The position numbers and the translations under genes were made by a program. This document shows, piece by piece, positions 60,029 through 64,000 of a DNA stretch of 64,000 nt. Each line of letters starts with the position of its first letter. Position 1 is the first letter of the stretch. The notes below the pieces were generated by a model. The model searched no databases. It was given only the letters and a program-made list of their open reading frames with translations, and was not told the DNA's origin. Source of the stretch: Promethearchaeota archaeon (GTDB lineage: Archaea; Asgardarchaeota; Lokiarchaeia; Sigyniarchaeales; SOKP01); the NCBI GenBank assembly GCA_016839585.1, contig JAEOTZ010000004.1, forward strand, positions 1 to 64,000. Reading direction: 5' to 3'.

Positions 60029-61024
60029 ATGAAAACTGATGAAAAAATGGAAAAGCTACCCGATGAAACTCTTCTAAAACCAATATTAATAAATTACATG
60101 AATGAGATTGATGGGGTACTAGCGGTAGCGATATGTGATAGAAATGGATTTATTATTTCTTCGGAATTTAAACAACAAGCGGCTGATGAATCAGTAATTG
60201 GTGTTATTTCGGCAATTCTTGACAGCTATATTGACAGAATTAAAAGCGAATTTGGATCTTTTGGAAATTTTTTTAATATTACAATTACTGGTGATAAAAA
60301 ATTCGCATTCGCTAGTATGGGTCCACATTCAATTCTAACCACAGTTGCAGACCCGTCAACTTCCGATGTTGAATTAAAAGTCTATTCTGAACATGTAGCA
60401 AGTAAAATTGAACTAGTTTTGAAAGGTAATGAAGATGTGTCTCCTCAAATTCCTGAGATAATAAAGGCATTGTCTAAAACTCGAGGTGGACAACTTTCAA
60501 AATTGGAGGGAGAGTTTTCAAATAAATTAATATTAACTGGAGATTATGCAGTTGGTAAAACATCTCTTATTAGACGATTTGTTGAGAATAAATTTGAAAA
60601 GGATTATATCTCTACTATTGGGGTACAGATTTCAAAAAAGATCGTTAATATAAGTGAGCAAACAAAAATGAATTTCATCATTTGGGACATCGGTGGACAG
60701 GTTAAACAAATGGCACCGTATCGAAAAAAATTTTATACTGGTACTAATGCTGCATTTATTGTTGTAGATCGAACTCGCCCAGATAATTTAAAAAGTGTTG
60801 ATTTTTGGTTTAATGATATCAAAAAACAAATTCCTAAAGATATCTCAATTGTAATAGTTGGCAATAAATCCGATTTAGTTGATGAAATAGTTATTAGTGA
60901 AGATGACATAAGAACTATTGCAAAAGAATTTGGTTTCCATTACATTCTTACCTCTGCCAAAACTGGAGTTGGTGTTAATGATGCTTTCTTATATGTTGCG
61001 TACAGAGTTATAGAAATTCTATAA
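60029..61024 (+). CDS. Roadblock/LC7 domain fused to Rab-like small GTPase
   Basis: N-term GVLAVAICDRNGFIISS roadblock; C-term GDYAVGKTS, STIG, WDIGGQ, NKSD, TSAK. Confidence 0.9.
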   Translation: MKTDEKMEKLPDETLLKPILINYMNEIDGVLAVAICDRNGFIISSEFKQQAADESVIGVISAILDSYIDRIKSEFGSFGNFFNITITGDKKFAFASMGPHSILTTVADPSTSDVELKVYSEHVASKIELVLKGNEDVSPQIPEIIKALSKTRGGQLSKLEGEFSNKLILTGDYAVGKTSLIRRFVENKFEKDYISTIGVQISKKIVNISEQTKMNFIIWDIGGQVKQMAPYRKKFYTGTNAAFIVVDRTRPDNLKSVDFWFNDIKKQIPKDISIVIVGNKSDLVDEIVISEDDIRTIAKEFGFHYILTSAKTGVGVNDAFLYVAYRVIEIL

Positions 61025-61113
61025 ATTGTAAGAAACAAACTTTTTATTTGCTCGACTTCTTTTAAATAATAGATAATTTTAATATTGAAATCATTTAATG
61101 GAGGTTAGATAAG

Positions 61114-62034
61114 ATAGTATTAAAAGTTGCATTCAATCAAATATTAGCAACCTGAAACGCAGCTGGCTATATAATGGGTTTTTCAATTAAAGAAATTACA
61201 TACAAACAAAGATATCTAATATACTTAACAGAACAAGAATACTCAGGACCTTGGTTTAGTTTTAAATTAAAAGGAAAAACAATAGGGACAATTCCTGTAA
61301 TTTTAAAAAACGTAGAACCGACCCCTGTTTATAATATGGTTAATACCCGTATGGGTTCTGTTATTCATAGAGTTACTCTTGATTTCAATATCACAGAATA
61401 CCTGAAAAAACTTATGAAAGAAGGTAAATTAAAACATCATCCATTTAAGAAAAAAGAATTCGTTCGCTTGTATATAGATATTTTTAACCGTCCAAAAGTA
61501 CCTTTTATTAATACATATTTTACATTAAAAAATATTTCAGACTACAATTTAAACGATTTTTCAATGTATTTTGTATTTGACTTTGATATTAATGGACTTG
61601 AAGGATTTGATAACGATTTTTCAGGATATGATGAAGAAAGTGATATTATTTATCAATATGACAAAACAGGGTTACATGGGGGCTTTTCTCCCCTCTCTAA
61701 ATCAACAAATTTCGAATCCTGTTTAACAAAGGATTTTAAAATAAATAATGAAAATTTAAATCTTTCAAATACATTATATAAGGGTCCTGGAGAGATTCTA
61801 TCAGCATTACAGATTGAATTCATGACTTTAGAACCTAATCATTCATTTCAAACCGCTTTAGTAATTTCTGGTGGAGAAAGCAAAACTGAGTTAATAGAAA
61901 ATATACAAGCAGGAAAAAGTAATGCTATAAAATATTTAGGACAGGTAAATAGATCAGTTAAATCAGAGCAACGGAATTTACAAGAGGAGGCATTTATTAA
62001 ATTGAATATACAAGAAGGGAAGGAATGTGAATAA
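61114..62034 (+). CDS. candidate selenoprotein of unknown function (UGA at codon 14); at minimum a 286-aa hypothetical protein from 61174
   Basis: GGAGGTTA-6nt-ATA, then VLKVAFNQILAT-TGA-NAAGYI-MGFS in frame; SECIS-like hairpin directly after the stop. Confidence 0.65.
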
Positions 62035-62035
62035 A

Positions 62036-62116
62036 TAAAATCCAATTTGATGATTCAAATAAAAAACCTTTATTCGGAAGTTATTTGATGAATACTCTGC
62101 GCGAGTGAGGATTTTA
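62036..62116 (+). ncRNA. eukaryote-type SECIS-like structured element in 3'UTR
   Basis: TAAAATCC/GGATTTTA basal stem; ATGAT/TGAA GA-tandem core; TCAAATAA/TTATTTGA upper stem; AAAA opening the apical loop. Confidence 0.65.
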
Positions 62117-62133
62117 ACATATTAATTATTCAA

Positions 62134-63198
62134 TTAATAGTTAAAATCATATTTTTGATAATTCAGAATAAATTTGTTATTAACATTATTAGAACTCTTT
62201 ATTTTATATAATAGAATATCTCGTTCTTGTTTTGTAATAACAGGAAATTTATAGTGGACAGAATTATATCTTATTTCTTTATTTTTCTTCTGATATTTTT
62301 TTATGAAATTGACATGCTGATTTAGTCTATCATTTAATAATTCAAGATTCAGTTGTTTAATATTCTCTATATTTTTTTTAAATATATTCATGAATTCTGA
62401 GTTAATTTCATACCCAATTGAGTTTCTTGCAGAGATCATTGCTGCCAATGATGTTGTTCCTGTTCCCCAGAAAGGATCTAAAATTATATCTTCATATAAA
62501 GAATACATATTTATTAAACGACATGGTAATTCTAAAGGATAAGCTGCAGATCGCTCTCTTAATTTTTTTTGATTATTATCGTTTGTTTTTAAAATTTGAG
62601 GTGTTCCTCTGATATCTACCCAAATATCTGAAAACCATTTATTCCTTTCTTCCCAGAAAAACGCGCTGTTATATCTATTTTCCGATTTTGGGGTTATATT
62701 GCGTATATTTTGTCCTTTCCTAAATATTAAAATATACTCGTGTTCAAGAGTGACATACGCATTAGGAGGTAACATTCCAGAACCAAGGAATTTATTTGGA
62801 CTATTTGTTGGTTTTCGCCACAATATACAAGGGAGTTCAATAAAACCTTTATGTTGGAAAAAGTTGGAAACTTTAACATGATTGGGATATAATTGAAAGG
62901 ACTTACCAATTTTTCTTGTAGAATCTCCTATATTGATGCATACTATTCCCCCTAATTTTACTACTCGAACAACTTCATTCCATACTTTATCTAACTCTTC
63001 ATGCATCAAATTAAATGCTATTCTACCTTTTTCTTCTTCGAGTGCTTTTTTAATCTTATGATTTAAAGAAGAAAATAATGAATCCCACATTTCAATCATA
63101 GGATAAGGAGGTGAAGTTACCATTAATTCTATGGAGTTTGGTTCAACTTCGCGCATTTCAGATGAATTTTTAAAATATATCTTATGAGTTGTTTCCAT
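62134..63198 (-). CDS. N4-cytosine/N6-adenine DNA methyltransferase, beta class
   Basis: VTSPPY before DPFWGTGTT; HEYILIFRK. Confidence 0.9.
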   Translation of the reverse strand: METTHKIYFKNSSEMREVEPNSIELMVTSPPYPMIEMWDSLFSSLNHKIKKALEEEKGRIAFNLMHEELDKVWNEVVRVVKLGGIVCINIGDSTRKIGKSFQLYPNHVKVSNFFQHKGFIELPCILWRKPTNSPNKFLGSGMLPPNAYVTLEHEYILIFRKGQNIRNITPKSENRYNSAFFWEERNKWFSDIWVDIRGTPQILKTNDNNQKKLRERSAAYPLELPCRLINMYSLYEDIILDPFWGTGTTSLAAMISARNSIGYEINSEFMNIFKKNIENIKQLNLELLNDRLNQHVNFIKKYQKKNKEIRYNSVHYKFPVITKQERDILLYKIKSSNNVNNKFILNYQKYDFNY

Positions 63199-63317
63199 TA
63201 TCTTTTTTGGTGCTATCTATTAATCTGTATCAAATAAAAATAATTAAAAATTCAAATTCTTATACTTCAATATTTCATTTAAATTTATATAAATAATTAT
63301 CAAATATTAGATATATT

Positions 63318-64000
63318 ATGCGTAAAAGTGCTAAAGTAAATCAAGTAATCTTAATAATTCTAGATGATGTTAGAGCAGAACATTTATTTAATTTGATGAG
63401 GGAAGGAAAGCTTCCAAATATAACTCAAATTGCTGAACATGGCATAATATGTGAAAGTTGTGTTACTTCCTTTCCAAGTGTCACCCTACCTTGTTATGCA
63501 GATATCATAACCGGTTCCAATTCCGGCTATTATCCTAAAGAAGGAAGTGGAGTTCCTAATTATCATTGGCTCAATCGGACAGATCCTCCTTCAGAAAAAA
63601 AGAAACCACCTTTTATTCGTAATTATAGTAAACGACGTGGTATATTTAAAATTAACAAAGACATTGGTTCAAATGTTAAGACTATTTTTGAGCAAGCGGG
63701 TGATGGAAATTTTTTAAGCGCTACTAGTTTTCTATACAGAGGTTCTACATTCACTACTTCAAAAGAGTTTAAGGCAGAATTAATACTAAAAAGAATTGAA
63801 GATATTTATAATAATCCTGGAGAGATTTTTGCCGATAAGGAAATCCCAAAAATAAGTGTAGGATATATACCACATACTGACCATTTAATGCATGAAAGGG
63901 GATTTGATCATCCTGACTATATAAATCTTGTCCTTGATTGTGATAAATATATTGGGTCGTTGATTAAAACACTTAAAGATACTGAAACTTATAAGGATAC
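63318..64000 (+). CDS. alkaline-phosphatase-superfamily (nucleotide pyrophosphatase/phosphodiesterase) protein, 3'-truncated
   Basis: MRKSAKVNQVILIILDDVRA...GKLPNI...TSFPSVTLP...TDHLMH; open to the window end, absent from the ORF track. Confidence 0.85.
   Translation, partial: MRKSAKVNQVILIILDDVRAEHLFNLMREGKLPNITQIAEHGIICESCVTSFPSVTLPCYADIITGSNSGYYPKEGSGVPNYHWLNRTDPPSEKKKPPFIRNYSKRRGIFKINKDIGSNVKTIFEQAGDGNFLSATSFLYRGSTFTTSKEFKAELILKRIEDIYNNPGEIFADKEIPKISVGYIPHTDHLMHERGFDHPDYINLVLDCDKYIGSLIKTLKDTETYKD

Noticed and set aside
61098-61112. Mini-ORF ATG GAG GTT AGA TAA upstream of the Sec candidate
   Set aside because: Most simply a by-product of the SD sequence; a leader or re-initiation role cannot be supported from the sequence alone.
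509-62909. Numerous short antisense or alternative-frame ORFs in the track (e.g. 509-796, 24117-24422, 36753-37289, 42131-42685, 48264-48803, 49638-50105, 51218-51586)
   Set aside because: They lie within well-supported genes, show the Ser/Phe/Ile-rich composition of shadow frames, and have no motifs.
1-64000. CRISPR arrays, rRNA, transposases, integrases
   Set aside because: None seen.

Overview
Very AT-rich, gene-dense archaeal window, almost certainly from an Asgard archaeon of the Lokiarchaeia type. Evidence for this is three small GTPases, a Roadblock-GTPase fusion, a gelsolin-domain protein, longin/uDENN-like domains, Loki-CTERM-type surface proteins, PAC2 and Nre. It carries a complete Mo/W-pterin biosynthesis cluster (moaC-moaA-moaD-moaE-moeA-moaB-moeA) behind a tupABC tungstate transporter, 7-deazaguanine genes (SDR-QueC fusion, queD, yhhQ), a FabH/acyl-CoA ligase cluster, MoxR-vWA, an ABC-2 exporter, a P1B ATPase, two orphan DNA methyltransferases and tRNA-Leu(CAG). 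The top finding is the hypothetical gene at 61174-62034. It appears to start at an SD-preceded ATA (61114) and read through an in-frame TGA (61153). It is followed in its 3'UTR by a eukaryote-type SECIS-like hairpin (62036-62116), making it a candidate selenoprotein of a family I do not recognise. Other notable signals are ModE-box-like operators in front of tupA and moaC, repeated ATA/ATT/CTG start codons, a surface-protein gene bracketed by 32-bp direct repeats, and a 7TM-GTPase-uDENN/wHTH module. All family calls are from motif recognition by eye; no database searches were run.
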